A DNA stretch of 64,000 bases from contig JBFWNL010000005.1 in NCBI GenBank assembly GCA_050251055.1, positions 128,001 to 192,000 on the forward strand, in the 5' to 3' direction. Shown piece after piece: positions 10,329-19,625 of the stretch (position 1 is its first letter; the number at the start of each line of letters is the position of its first letter). The notes beneath the pieces are model-generated. The model saw nothing but the letters and a program-made list of their open reading frames with translations, searched no databases and had not been told where the DNA came from. Source of the stretch: Bacteriovoracia bacterium. Its GTDB lineage: Bacteria; Bdellovibrionota; UBA1018; JBFWNL01. The translations under genes and the position numbers were made by a program.

Positions 10329-11615
10329 TTAACGCTGATTTTCCGATGGGGTTGTTTCTTTTACTTTTTCGATCTCCTTCAGCAGCTGTTGTGCTTGATC
10401 GACAAGTGGTTTCACTTCACGTAGTAACTCGTTTACTCCGGCATACCAGTCTTCGACTACTTGGTCTTTTAGGCGAGCCAGCTTGCATATGTATTGATCC
10501 GGCCCGCCTCGACGGGGCGATTCTTGCACTACGCACGGACGTCCCGCCAAAGTCGCAAACCGATGCTTTGCGAGGTTGGCGAAGTTTGCCGGAAATCCGA
10601 AGGTAACACTTCCCTTGGTCGCTTGTTTAAAAGATTCCGATTCGAACTCATGGGCTAAGGGGCGATAGTTCTTGGGCAGTGAAAAGTGGAGATAGTGCAG
10701 GTTCATCTGACCTTGCAGCTTGAGGAAATTAGTCGCCGTGATGTGGTATTCCCAGCCCTGGGGTTCTGACCCGCTGACGTAGTGGTAGCCGTCGGTGGAC
10801 CAACTCCCGTCCGTAGCTCCGATTTCGATGCCGTGATCTCCGCGGCTCAGGTCGCGCTGGTGAGTCATCCAAACGGGGACAAGCTCCTTCACGGCGGGGT
10901 GGAGGCGAAGGAATTGAGCTTCGCCTTCGGGGCTTAACGCAAACTGATGAAAAAGGGCAAAGATCGTTTTCTTTACTTCATGCGGTTCCCAAAGATCCTT
11001 CACGGAGAAGAGCTTATTCGTTCCGGCACCCAACTTTCTACGTAGCGAGATCCAGTTCGGAACCTTGCCTTCGCGGACAAATACCGCGTGGATTTCAAAG
11101 AGAGAGTCGGCGTTTTCTGGGTTTTGTTTCAGGTACTGGGCGATTCCTTGCGCAAAAGCCTTTAGCTTCGTCGGCTCAATCAAACCGGATTTTATCAGTT
11201 TAGGGGCGAATGCTTCCCCAGCGGGGAGAACTTCGAAGTGCTCCCAGCCTGTGACACTCACTAAATGCGAAATGATATTCGCGAATACGCATTGAACCAA
11301 CGGCGTGTAGGGATTCTCTTTTGGAAGCGCGTCCATTTTCTGTATGGCCTCGAATTCGAGATGGGTCTGGTAGAGGAGAAGGTCGGATTGATTGCTGCCC
11401 ACAGGCGCGGTTCCGCGGCAATAGGTGTCGACTAGCGCTTGGCCTTGGTCGGTTAGATTCAGGTTGCCCGCGTAGAAATTCGAGTCATAGGCTCCCATGA
11501 CGGCGGCGTAGGGTCGGGCGGTGATTTCATCCGCCGATGCATGCGGAAAGACGGTCGTCGCAATGGGCGAAGCGACGATCAAAAAAGCATAAACAACAAA
11601 AAGCAAAGGCTTCAT
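10329..11615 (-). CDS. Hypothetical secreted protein
   Basis: 428-aa ORF with signal peptide (PHASA) and SD AGGAG; visibly more AT-rich than its neighbours. Confidence 0.8.
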   Translation of the reverse strand: MKPLLFVVYAFLIVASPIATTVFPHASADEITARPYAAVMGAYDSNFYAGNLNLTDQGQALVDTYCRGTAPVGSNQSDLLLYQTHLEFEAIQKMDALPKENPYTPLVQCVFANIISHLVSVTGWEHFEVLPAGEAFAPKLIKSGLIEPTKLKAFAQGIAQYLKQNPENADSLFEIHAVFVREGKVPNWISLRRKLGAGTNKLFSVKDLWEPHEVKKTIFALFHQFALSPEGEAQFLRLHPAVKELVPVWMTHQRDLSRGDHGIEIGATDGSWSTDGYHYVSGSEPQGWEYHITATNFLKLQGQMNLHYLHFSLPKNYRPLAHEFESESFKQATKGSVTFGFPANFANLAKHRFATLAGRPCVVQESPRRGGPDQYICKLARLKDQVVEDWYAGVNELLREVKPLVDQAQQLLKEIEKVKETTPSENQR

Positions 11616-11683
11616 ATAGTGCTCCTGTGAGGGTGTTTGAGGTTCCTGACGAGGAATCTAAAGGAAAGGGGAGGGGGCAGGGA

Positions 11684-11698
11684 GTTACTTTCAGTTAC
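11684..11698 (-). promoter_or_regulatory. Direct repeat GTAAC-N5-GTAAC (OmpR/CpxR-type box candidate)
   Basis: GTTAC at 11684 and 11694, a 10-bp period, in the divergent intergenic region. Confidence 0.35.
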
Positions 11699-11852
11699 AT
11701 TTAAAAAAGGGAAGAAAACCGCTGACTTCTTTTTAATCTGGGCCCGGTTTTCCGTTCGTCAAGGAATGCGGCGAAAAATATTTTCGGGTCGGGGACGGTT
11801 GACGATCTGAAAACGAGATCCACCTTAGTTTTGTAACAAGGAGGAATAAGAT

Positions 11853-12272
11853 ATGTTCGGAGCATTGGCATTGAGAAAAAATCATTGGTTGGATAATCCT
11901 TTCGACGCGCTTTTTAGCGACGAGGTCTTTAACGACGTGGCCGTCTTGCGGCCCGCGGTGGACCTGACGGAAGAAAAGGACCGTTATCTATTGCGCGCCG
12001 ATCTGCCGGGCGTGGCTGAGAAAGATCTTAAGGTGGAGTTTTCCGACGGTCAGCTCGTTATCGAAGGTAAACGGGAAGCCGCCACCAAGCGCGAGGGCGC
12101 CTCCCTGATCTCGGAGCGAGCCTACTCCCGGTTCCGCCGGGCCTTCGAGCTAGGCGAAGGCGTAAACGCGGAAAAAATCGAAGCCACCTATCAGGACGGC
12201 ACGCTGACATTGTCGATCCCGAAGAGTGAGCGAGCTTTGCCCAAAGTGATCCCGATTACCGTGAAAAAGTAA
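11853..12272 (+). CDS. Hsp20/alpha-crystallin small heat shock protein
   Basis: PAVDLTE, ADLPGV, ERAYSRFRRAF and ATYQDGTLTLSIPK; strong SD AGGAGG. Confidence 0.95.
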   Translation: MFGALALRKNHWLDNPFDALFSDEVFNDVAVLRPAVDLTEEKDRYLLRADLPGVAEKDLKVEFSDGQLVIEGKREAATKREGASLISERAYSRFRRAFELGEGVNAEKIEATYQDGTLTLSIPKSERALPKVIPITVKK

Positions 12273-12353
12273 CGGGGATCCACGGCCGGTCGGGGCGGAT
12301 GTCCATTCCCTCTGGTAGAGCATCTATCCGCTCCGGCCGCTCCGGTCGTGCCC

Positions 12354-13973
12354 TTACTTTCCTACGAAGTTGAAGTCGATGGTGGCCGAGGCTCCGCCGG
12401 AAATTTGGAATTCCTGGGTCTGAGTCCCTAAGGATTCATGCCAGGCGGTCAGGGTATAGTTTCCATCCGGCAAGCTAGCGATCCGGAATCCGCCTTTTCC
12501 ATCGCTAACGGCGAAATAAGGATGCGGCACCACGCCGATGAACGAGCTCATCCAGGGATGCACGTCGCACTTTGCGCGGACCATGATCTCAGGCTCGGAG
12601 AAAATCTTTGTCATGCGCATGCCTTGGCTTGGCATCATTTCGTTGAAGGTGGGATTCGTTCCCCCGAGCGTGCGGACGTTGTGGAACACGGGGTCGCTGT
12701 TGAGGAATACCACCTTCTGGCCAACTTGGGCGCCAATGACGTGCGGGTCGTAGATGCAGCCTTTTTGATCGACGATCACCTCTTTTTCCGGAACCGGGTA
12801 GGTCTGGCTTTCGAGACCCCGAGTCACCGCTAGAAAAACGTTTTTGAGCTTCCCGTCCTGCGCGAGCACGGTCGTGCTCGTGGGCGGTTTTCCATTCGGA
12901 GGAACGCAACCGGGTGGGAGCATGATCGGCTGAGGCTCCGGAATCTTGCCGGCGAAGGTGACGGTACCGGAGACGGTGCCGTTTCCGCTCGCGCCAGTGG
13001 GCGCGGACACCGTCGCCGGAGTGGTTGGGTTGGAGGCGTGGCCGCCATCGAAGTTCGCGGCCCGCGGCGCGGTGTACATGAAAAGTCCGACGACCGTGGC
13101 CAGCGATGCCGCGAACGCGAACCGGCTAAAGACAGTTTTGACGTTTAGGAAGTGGCGCACGCCCGCCCCGGCGAGCATGAGGCCGATGAGGATCGTCCAG
13201 TTATAAGGATGCCCATAGGTGCTCGGGAAATGGTTACTCAGCATGATGAAGAGCACGGGGAAAGTCATGTAGTTGTTGTGGATCGAGCGCATCTTCGCCC
13301 GGACGCCCAGGCTATAGTCCGCTTTCTTGCCGGCTTGGGTGGCGGCAATCATCGCGCTTTGGGCCGGAAGAATTCGGACCCAGACATTGACCATCATGAG
13401 CGTGCCCATCAGGGCGCCGACGTGCAGGTACGCCGCTCGGCCACTTAAGGTATGGCAAAGGTAATAAGCAATGCCACAAAGGGCGGCGAAGGATATCGCG
13501 GCCCCGAGCTTAGCGTGGTTCTTGAAGGCATGCGCCCAGAACAAATCGTAGGCGAACCAGCCGACGACTAAGAGGCCTATACCCAAAACGGTCGCCGCTC
13601 CCGCGCTGATGCTAGAGATTCCCGTGTCGACGAGGTAGGCGCCGCCGCTCAGATAGTAGACGATGGCGAGCAAGCAGAAGCCCGTAATCCACGTGAACGT
13701 CGCTTCCCACTTGAACCAATGCAGGACGGGCGGCACCTGTCCGGGCGCGAGATAGCGTTTTTGCACAAGATAGAATCCACCGCTGTGAACCATCCAGAGC
13801 TCACCCGCGACGTTTTCCTTGGCAGGATCGTCTTTGTTTTCTGGAGCAGCGATGTGGCTATCGAGCCACATGAAATAGAAGGAGCTGCCAATCCAAGAAA
13901 TGCCCGCGATGAGGTGTAGCCAGCGGAAGATCAGATTGAGCCATTCGCCCCAGTGCGCGTCGAGTGTGAACAT
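12354..13973 (-). CDS. puuD: PuuD-family membrane urate hydroxylase domain fused to a cupredoxin-like/carboxypeptidase-regulatory-like domain
   Basis: Urate_ox_N motifs RWLHLIAGISWIGSSFYF, LWMVHSGGFY, LHWFKWEA and RSIHNNYMTFPVLFIMLSNH; C-terminal DQKGC.YDPH, NSDPVFHNV and KCDVHPWM. No CxxCH motif. Confidence 0.85.
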   Translation of the reverse strand: MFTLDAHWGEWLNLIFRWLHLIAGISWIGSSFYFMWLDSHIAAPENKDDPAKENVAGELWMVHSGGFYLVQKRYLAPGQVPPVLHWFKWEATFTWITGFCLLAIVYYLSGGAYLVDTGISSISAGAATVLGIGLLVVGWFAYDLFWAHAFKNHAKLGAAISFAALCGIAYYLCHTLSGRAAYLHVGALMGTLMMVNVWVRILPAQSAMIAATQAGKKADYSLGVRAKMRSIHNNYMTFPVLFIMLSNHFPSTYGHPYNWTILIGLMLAGAGVRHFLNVKTVFSRFAFAASLATVVGLFMYTAPRAANFDGGHASNPTTPATVSAPTGASGNGTVSGTVTFAGKIPEPQPIMLPPGCVPPNGKPPTSTTVLAQDGKLKNVFLAVTRGLESQTYPVPEKEVIVDQKGCIYDPHVIGAQVGQKVVFLNSDPVFHNVRTLGGTNPTFNEMMPSQGMRMTKIFSEPEIMVRAKCDVHPWMSSFIGVVPHPYFAVSDGKGGFRIASLPDGNYTLTAWHESLGTQTQEFQISGGASATIDFNFVGK

Positions 13974-14007
13974 ATCCGACTCTTCTATTTAAGTTTTATA
14001 GGGAGGT

Positions 14008-14499
14008 CTAGCGGATTTCTTCGAAAACGCCTTTTTTGCGATCCTTACGGACGTTGTTCCACTTGAAGTAGCGTCCGTTCATCGCGACGTAGACGCCGGG
14101 GGGGAGGGTTTGCGCAAACGCTAGCGCGCTGCCCAAATTGAAGAGGCCGTCCGAGCTGCCAAACTTATAGGGGACCATGGCGCCGGTCATGACGATCGTC
14201 TTATCTTTGATTGCGGGACCCAAGACGCGCGCGGTCTGGTCCATCGTGTCGGTCCCGTGCGTGATCACGATGCGCTTGGCCTTCGCTCGCTTGCACTCGC
14301 GCAGGATCTTCGCGCGACTCAAGTCTGTCATATCCAGGCTATCGATCATCATGAGCGTGCTGACCTTCACGGTAAGGCGTGAGCGTCCCAGCTTGAGCAT
14401 TTCCGGAACGTGGGTTTCCTTGAAGAAAAGCCGGCCTTGGATTTCTTGGTATTCCTTGTCGAAGGTGCCGCCGGTGACGAAGATTTGCAGTTGAGCCAT
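14008..14499 (-). CDS. Short asparaginase-domain protein
   Basis: TGGTFDK, DSLDM, ITHGTDTM and TGAMVP; N-terminal asparaginase domain only. Confidence 0.9.
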   Translation of the reverse strand: MAQLQIFVTGGTFDKEYQEIQGRLFFKETHVPEMLKLGRSRLTVKVSTLMMIDSLDMTDLSRAKILRECKRAKAKRIVITHGTDTMDQTARVLGPAIKDKTIVMTGAMVPYKFGSSDGLFNLGSALAFAQTLPPGVYVAMNGRYFKWNNVRKDRKKGVFEEIR

Positions 14500-14520
14500 A
14501 CTTTGGTTTTAAAGCCCTGC

Positions 14521-15258
14521 CTAAGGCTTGTCTATGGGGTTATTGGAGGGGGCGTCGAGCAATCGGTCGACAAACTTCGGCACTTCCCGTCCCGCCGGCC
14601 CCAGCACGTGTTCGTCAAAGGCGTTCGACATCATGGAAGGTTCGAGGTTGATCTCCACCCGCCGGGCGCGGCGTGGGGTTTCGTGCACGAAGCCGGCGGC
14701 AGGGTAGACGTTGCCCGAAGTTCCGATCGAGAGAAAGAGATCGCATTCGGCGACGGCTTTGAAGATGAGATCCATTTCGAAGGGCATTTCTCCAAACCAC
14801 ACGATGTGGGGGCGCAGGGCTCCCGGCTTTTTACAGCAAGGGCAGGGGGTGTGTTGGTCGAGGTCTTCCCGCCACGGTAGATCTTTTTCCGTGTGCCGGC
14901 AGCGCGCGCGTAAGAGTTCGCCATGCATGTGGAGGACGCCGTGGCTTCCCGCCCGTTCGTGCAGGTCGTCCACGTTTTGGGTCACTAGCAGAAAACTACT
15001 GCGCCACTCGCGTTGGAGATGCGCGAGCGCCAAGTGCGCGGGATTGGGTGTCACCTCCGGCGAAAGCAGCTGTTTTCTCCGGGCGTTGTAAAAGGCTTGG
15101 ACCAGTTGGGGATTACGCGCGAATCCCTCCGGGGTCGCGACATCTTCGATGCGGTGATCTTCCCAGAGCCCGTTCTGGTCCCGGAAAGTGCGGATGCCCG
15201 ACTCGGCCGAGATCCCGGCTCCGGTGAGAATGACGATCGAAGGGGCCCGAGGTGTCAT
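14521..15258 (-). CDS. cobB: NAD-dependent protein deacylase (Sir2 family)
   Basis: GAGISAESGIRTFR, TQNVDDLHERAG, HGEL, RPHIVWFGE and GTSGNVYPAAG. Confidence 0.93.
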   Translation of the reverse strand: MTPRAPSIVILTGAGISAESGIRTFRDQNGLWEDHRIEDVATPEGFARNPQLVQAFYNARRKQLLSPEVTPNPAHLALAHLQREWRSSFLLVTQNVDDLHERAGSHGVLHMHGELLRARCRHTEKDLPWREDLDQHTPCPCCKKPGALRPHIVWFGEMPFEMDLIFKAVAECDLFLSIGTSGNVYPAAGFVHETPRRARRVEINLEPSMMSNAFDEHVLGPAGREVPKFVDRLLDAPSNNPIDKP

Positions 15259-15914
15259 GTCTCTAGCTCCAGGGCGGGAACTGCGAGTGATTCATTCGGT
15301 TGAAGGCCCATCGCCGCCGCGGCCGAGGGATCGGTGAATTCAAGCTTGCGGGCACGCAGCGCGATCGTGTCGGCGCGGATCGCGATTTTCGATCCGTAAA
15401 GCGAGTCGCCTACGATCGGGTAGCCGTTATGACTGAGGTGGAAGCGGATTTGATGGCCGCGACCCGTGAGCGGTTCAATTTCCCAGTGCAGGGCCGTGGT
15501 GTTCGCGACAGTCCGCTCGCCCAGGTAGTGCGCCAGGGTGATGCTGGATTTGCCGTGCGGAGTCTCGTACGCGCGTTTTTTTCCCCGCAAGATTTTGGAT
15601 TCCCAGCGTGCTTCAGGGGTCGGGGGCGCCATGCCCGCCGTAAAAGCCTCGTAGAATTTTCTCACGGCGCGGGACTCAAACGCCATCGAGGCCGCCCGGT
15701 GGGCATCCGGCGTCTTGGCGAAGAGAATCAGACCTGAAACTTCAAAATCCAAACGGTGCACGGGCCAAATTTTTTGGCCGAGGACTTTTTCCAATTCCGT
15801 ATGCAGGCACGGGCGAGGATCCTGATCCGGCATCCGGCTTGCCACGCTCAACATGCCCGCCGGTTTATCGACGGCGACGATGGCGGCGTTCTGCCGGGTG
15901 AGGGTAAATTTCAT
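15255..15914 (-). CDS. RluA-family RNA pseudouridine synthase
   Basis: VDKPAG, HRLDFEVSG, TGRGHQIR and IVGDSLYG. Start ATG 15914 overlaps the upstream TAA (TAATG). Confidence 0.92.
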   Translation of the reverse strand: MKFTLTRQNAAIVAVDKPAGMLSVASRMPDQDPRPCLHTELEKVLGQKIWPVHRLDFEVSGLILFAKTPDAHRAASMAFESRAVRKFYEAFTAGMAPPTPEARWESKILRGKKRAYETPHGKSSITLAHYLGERTVANTTALHWEIEPLTGRGHQIRFHLSHNGYPIVGDSLYGSKIAIRADTIALRARKLEFTDPSAAAAMGLQPNESLAVPALELET

Positions 15915-16639
15915 TAAATCACTCCTACCATCATTAGGACCGCGGTGACGGCAAGCATCGCGGCGATGACTCGGTCCATGGCTTCGCGACTCACGGAGGG
16001 GAGCCAGGTTTTTCCGGCAAATGTTCCCAGGAGCGCTCCGCTCGCGCCTATCGCCAGATGGGCCCGGTGAAGCGCGAGAAAATCCGGCGTTAGGTAAGAG
16101 ATGTACACCGGGATGCGCACCCCATCGACCGCGCAAGCGATGGCGGCGGTCGTGGCGATAAACCCCTCCTTAGTGAGCGGTGTCTTTTTCAGAAAGAGCG
16201 TGCGAAGCGCGCCCTGATGTCCAGAAATTCCTCCGAAGAAGCCGCTCAATGCGCCGCCAAAGGATAGGTACTTCGTGGAAACCTGCCAACGTCGTAGTGG
16301 CGGTAGAATCTCTAGTGCGACAAAAGCCAGGATCAAGACCGCAATCGAGAGCTTGGCTTCCCGTTCACCTAAATGACCCAGGAGCGCCGCTCCACCAATT
16401 GCCGCCGGCAGCGAAGGCAAGCCGAAGCGGATCAGAATGCTTCGATCGACGTAGGAAAGAGTGAAAGCGAGTTTAAAAACCTTGCTGAGAAAGTGGACCA
16501 AAGCCGTCAAGGCCACCGCGGCGGGCAAGGGCAGGAAGTACGCGAACGCGGGCATGAGAATGGATCCCAGTCCAAAACCTGAATAAAAAGCGAGGAGGGC
16601 CGCTCCGAAAGAAACGACGGCAATGATGAGGTAGTCCAC
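15914..16639 (-). CDS. TauE/SafE (TSUP) family transporter
   Basis: About 8 TM helices; SGFGLG and SGFFGGISGHQGALR. Confidence 0.88.
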   Translation of the reverse strand: MDYLIIAVVSFGAALLAFYSGFGLGSILMPAFAYFLPLPAAVALTALVHFLSKVFKLAFTLSYVDRSILIRFGLPSLPAAIGGAALLGHLGEREAKLSIAVLILAFVALEILPPLRRWQVSTKYLSFGGALSGFFGGISGHQGALRTLFLKKTPLTKEGFIATTAAIACAVDGVRIPVYISYLTPDFLALHRAHLAIGASGALLGTFAGKTWLPSVSREAMDRVIAAMLAVTAVLMMVGVI

Positions 16640-16677
16640 GCCTCCTATCTTCGCTGAAATATGCTAAGGTTGGCCAC

Positions 16678-17163
16678 ATGAAAGAAACGGCGATTTTGGC
16701 GGGCGGCTGCTTCTGGGGGATGGAAGACATCCTGCGGAAGCTGCCCGGCGTCTTTGACACCGAGGTCGGCTACACGGGAGGGCAAACCCCGAACCCACGC
16801 TATCCAGACGTCAAGCAGGGCAATACGGGGCATGCCGAGGCGATTCGGATTGAGTTTGATCCGGCTGAAATCTCTTTCGAGGAGCTGTTGGGGGTGTTTT
16901 TTCGTATGCACGACCCGACGACGCCCAATCGCCAGGGAAATGATTTGGGTAGCCAATACCGTTCGGCGATATTCTATACTTCGGAGGCGCAGCGCGAGAC
17001 CGCGGCGCGTGTGAAGGCCGCCGTGGACCGATCGGGGAAATGGAAGCGCCCCGTGGTGACGGAGATCTCGCCGGCAGTCGAGTTCTTTAGCGCCGAAGAC
17101 TACCATCAGGATTACCTGGAGAAGAATCCGGGTGGCTACACCTGTCACTTTTTGCGCGACTAA
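16678..17163 (+). CDS. msrA: Peptide-methionine (S)-S-oxide reductase, cytoplasmic
   Basis: GGCFWG, GHAE, HDPTT.NRQGND.GSQYRS, AEDYHQDY and C-terminal GYTCH. Confidence 0.96.
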   Translation: MKETAILAGGCFWGMEDILRKLPGVFDTEVGYTGGQTPNPRYPDVKQGNTGHAEAIRIEFDPAEISFEELLGVFFRMHDPTTPNRQGNDLGSQYRSAIFYTSEAQRETAARVKAAVDRSGKWKRPVVTEISPAVEFFSAEDYHQDYLEKNPGGYTCHFLRD

Positions 17164-17172
17164 AGGGATTCT

Positions 17173-17802
17173 ATGGGACACAAATTCAGTTTGGGATCAG
17201 GTTGGATCGGAGTGGCCGCGTTGGCAGCCGCGTTTACCGCCGGTGCCGCCGAGCGGAAGGTGAAGCCCATGCCCAACCCGAAGCCGGTACCGCCGATAAC
17301 GGAGGATGCACGTTTGAAGGATTTCAAGAAACCCAGTTTGGACGAACTCAAAAAAAAGCTTTCGCCGATGCAATGCGAAGTCACCCAAAACGACGCGACC
17401 GAGCGGCCGTTTCATAACGAGTACTGGGACAACAAGCGGCCCGGGATATACGTCGACGTGGTTTCTGGCGAAGCGCTGTTTAGCTCCGTCGATAAGTACG
17501 ATTCCGGCAGCGGTTGGCCGAGCTTCACCCAGCCGCTTGAAGGCGAGAATATCCAGAAGAAAGACGACCACAAGCTTGGGATGAAGCGCATCGAAGTGCG
17601 CTCCAAACACGCCGACTCGCATCTGGGGCACGTATTTGACGATGGACCCGGCCCGACGGGCCTGCGCTATTGCATCAATTCTGCGTCCCTGCGCTTTATT
17701 CCGCTCGAGAACCTCGAAGCCGAAGGCTACGGAAAGTATCGAAAGCTCTTCGATCCCGGCTCGAAAGCCCCGGACCCGAAAAGCAAGGGGAAGGCGAAGT
17801 GA
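17173..17802 (+). CDS. msrB: Peptide-methionine (R)-S-oxide reductase with N-terminal signal peptide
   Basis: [21 protein letters not shown] and RYCINSASL; hydrophobic N-terminus ending AGA. Confidence 0.95.
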   Translation: MGHKFSLGSGWIGVAALAAAFTAGAAERKVKPMPNPKPVPPITEDARLKDFKKPSLDELKKKLSPMQCEVTQNDATERPFHNEYWDNKRPGIYVDVVSGEALFSSVDKYDSGSGWPSFTQPLEGENIQKKDDHKLGMKRIEVRSKHADSHLGHVFDDGPGPTGLRYCINSASLRFIPLENLEAEGYGKYRKLFDPGSKAPDPKSKGKAK

Positions 17803-18461
17803 ATCGGGGTGTGCTGACTTTTGCTTTGCGGGCCGCCGTGGTTTTTTGGATCGGCGGAATCGCTTCTTCTTTCGTGACGGCAGCGCCGAAGTCCACCTCG
17901 AAGGCCCCTTCGGCTGGCATATTCGAGCGGGCCACCTTCGCCGGTGGTTGCTTTTGGTGCATGGAGTCCCCCTTTGATAAGCTGCCCGGCGTGAAGTCCG
18001 TCGTCGTGGGTTACACGGGCGGAAAAACCAAAGATCCGACCTATAAAGAAGTCTCCGGTGGAAGCACGGGCCACGCGGAAGCCGTCCAGATCACGTTCGA
18101 TCCCCAACGCATTAGTTACCTCGAGCTCTTGGATGTTTATTGGCGGAACGTGGATCCCACGGCGGTTGACCGACAGTTCGTCGACGTGGGAACTCAGTAT
18201 CGCACCGCGATCTTCTATCACACAGAGAAACAAAAGCGCGAGGCGCTCGATTCCAAAGCACGTCTAGAGAATCTGGGCAAATTCAAAGGAAAAGTCGTCA
18301 CCGAAATCACCGCGGCCTCGGTCTTTTATCCGGCGGAAAGCTATCATCAGGGCTACTACAAGAAGAATCCCCTCGAATACGAGCGCTATCGCAAAGGCTC
18401 GGGCCGGGATGCTTTTCTGGATGGGGTCTGGGGCTCAGAACAGAGGAAGGCCCACCCGTGA
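17799..18461 (+). CDS. msrA: Second MsrA with N-terminal signal peptide
   Basis: [24 protein letters not shown] and AESYHQGYY; GTG start overlaps the msrB stop (GTGA). Confidence 0.92.
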   Translation: MNRGVLTFALRAAVVFWIGGIASSFVTAAPKSTSKAPSAGIFERATFAGGCFWCMESPFDKLPGVKSVVVGYTGGKTKDPTYKEVSGGSTGHAEAVQITFDPQRISYLELLDVYWRNVDPTAVDRQFVDVGTQYRTAIFYHTEKQKREALDSKARLENLGKFKGKVVTEITAASVFYPAESYHQGYYKKNPLEYERYRKGSGRDAFLDGVWGSEQRKAHP

Positions 18462-19159
18462 TCGAGATTCGCCGCTCCGACGAACGCGGGCGCTTTGACC
18501 ACGGCTGGCTCAAGAGCTATCACACGTTTTCTTTCGCCGATTATTTCGATCGGAGTTGGATGCATTTTCGTCATCTGCGGGTGATCAACGAAGACTTTGT
18601 CGAGCCCGGCCAGGGATTTCCCACTCATCCCCACCAGGACATGGAGATCATTACTTATATCTTGGACGGGGCGCTCGCCCACAAAGACAGCATGGGAAAC
18701 GGCTCCACGATTCTCCCCGGGGAGATCCAATATATGTCGGCGGGCAGCGGCGTGACTCATAGCGAGTTCAATCCCTCGCCCACCGAAGGCGTGCACTTAT
18801 TGCAGATCTGGATCTTTCCTTGGGAAAAAGGGCTGACGCCCCGTTACGACCAGCGCAAGTTCGAGGTAGGTCCCCAGTTCAAATGCCTGGTGTCTCCGGA
18901 TAATTCCGATCGCCGTCCGGATTCGGTGCCGATCCGACAGGACGCCTACATTTATGCCGCGCGCCTGAAGCAAGGGGAGAAGGTGACCCAAAAATTAGAC
19001 GGGAAGAGATTCGCTTGGCTGCAAGTTGCCCGGGGGGAGATCACGTTAAATGGCAAGCGCCTGGAAGCCGGGGATGCGGCGGGCCTTACCGCGGAGTTGT
19101 CCGTGGACGTACAAGGTGTTTCGGACCACTCCGAAGTCGTACTCTTTGATCTGAACTGA
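18458..19159 (+). CDS. Pirin family protein (YhhW-like)
   Basis: HGWLKSYHTFSFADY, HPHQDMEI, MSAGSGVTHSE and LQIW. Confidence 0.94.
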   Translation: MIEIRRSDERGRFDHGWLKSYHTFSFADYFDRSWMHFRHLRVINEDFVEPGQGFPTHPHQDMEIITYILDGALAHKDSMGNGSTILPGEIQYMSAGSGVTHSEFNPSPTEGVHLLQIWIFPWEKGLTPRYDQRKFEVGPQFKCLVSPDNSDRRPDSVPIRQDAYIYAARLKQGEKVTQKLDGKRFAWLQVARGEITLNGKRLEAGDAAGLTAELSVDVQGVSDHSEVVLFDLN

Positions 19160-19171
19160 TATCCTGTTCGC

Positions 19172-19621
19172 ATGAGCTTTGAGGGAATGGCGCCCGAAAC
19201 ACCGGGCCAAACGACTCGGACCGTCGATGTAAACGTCTTCGACTCTTCCATGAACGGTACGCCGGGCGTGGCGACGGTCCAAGAGTGGAATTCCACGCAG
19301 GCGTTCGTCCGCGGGTTCAAGCGCTCCGCTCGCATCGTGATCATGATTTTCGTCATTATGCTCCCGCTCGCCGTGATCGAGCCCTTCCTATTCATGATCT
19401 GGGGGTCGGCGATTTCGGCCCTGCTTATCTTTATTGTCGGCCCCTTTCTCCATATGAAGTACTGGAGTGAGCGCGCGACCTTTCTGCATGTGGAGAGCAG
19501 TTGTCCTTACTGCAAGGTGGAGGGAAGGCTCACTCCGTTTCTGAGCACGGCCTTCGTGCGCGAAGGGTTCACGGCGCTGTGTCCGGCTTGTGGGCAAACG
19601 GTGAGGGTGGTCGGGAGGTAG
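19172..19621 (+). CDS. Hypothetical 2-TM protein with C-terminal zinc ribbon
   Basis: Two TM helices followed by CPYC...CPAC. Confidence 0.75.
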   Translation: MSFEGMAPETPGQTTRTVDVNVFDSSMNGTPGVATVQEWNSTQAFVRGFKRSARIVIMIFVIMLPLAVIEPFLFMIWGSAISALLIFIVGPFLHMKYWSERATFLHVESSCPYCKVEGRLTPFLSTAFVREGFTALCPACGQTVRVVGR

Positions 19622-19625
19622 GGAT

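Noticed and set aside
12283-12339. Long imperfect hairpin after hsp20 as an ncRNA
   Set aside because: Its position between convergent genes is adequately explained by termination.
14521-15258. Sir2 protein as a possible anti-phage NADase
   Set aside because: It has standard CobB deacylase motifs and length, a housekeeping context and no defence partner genes.
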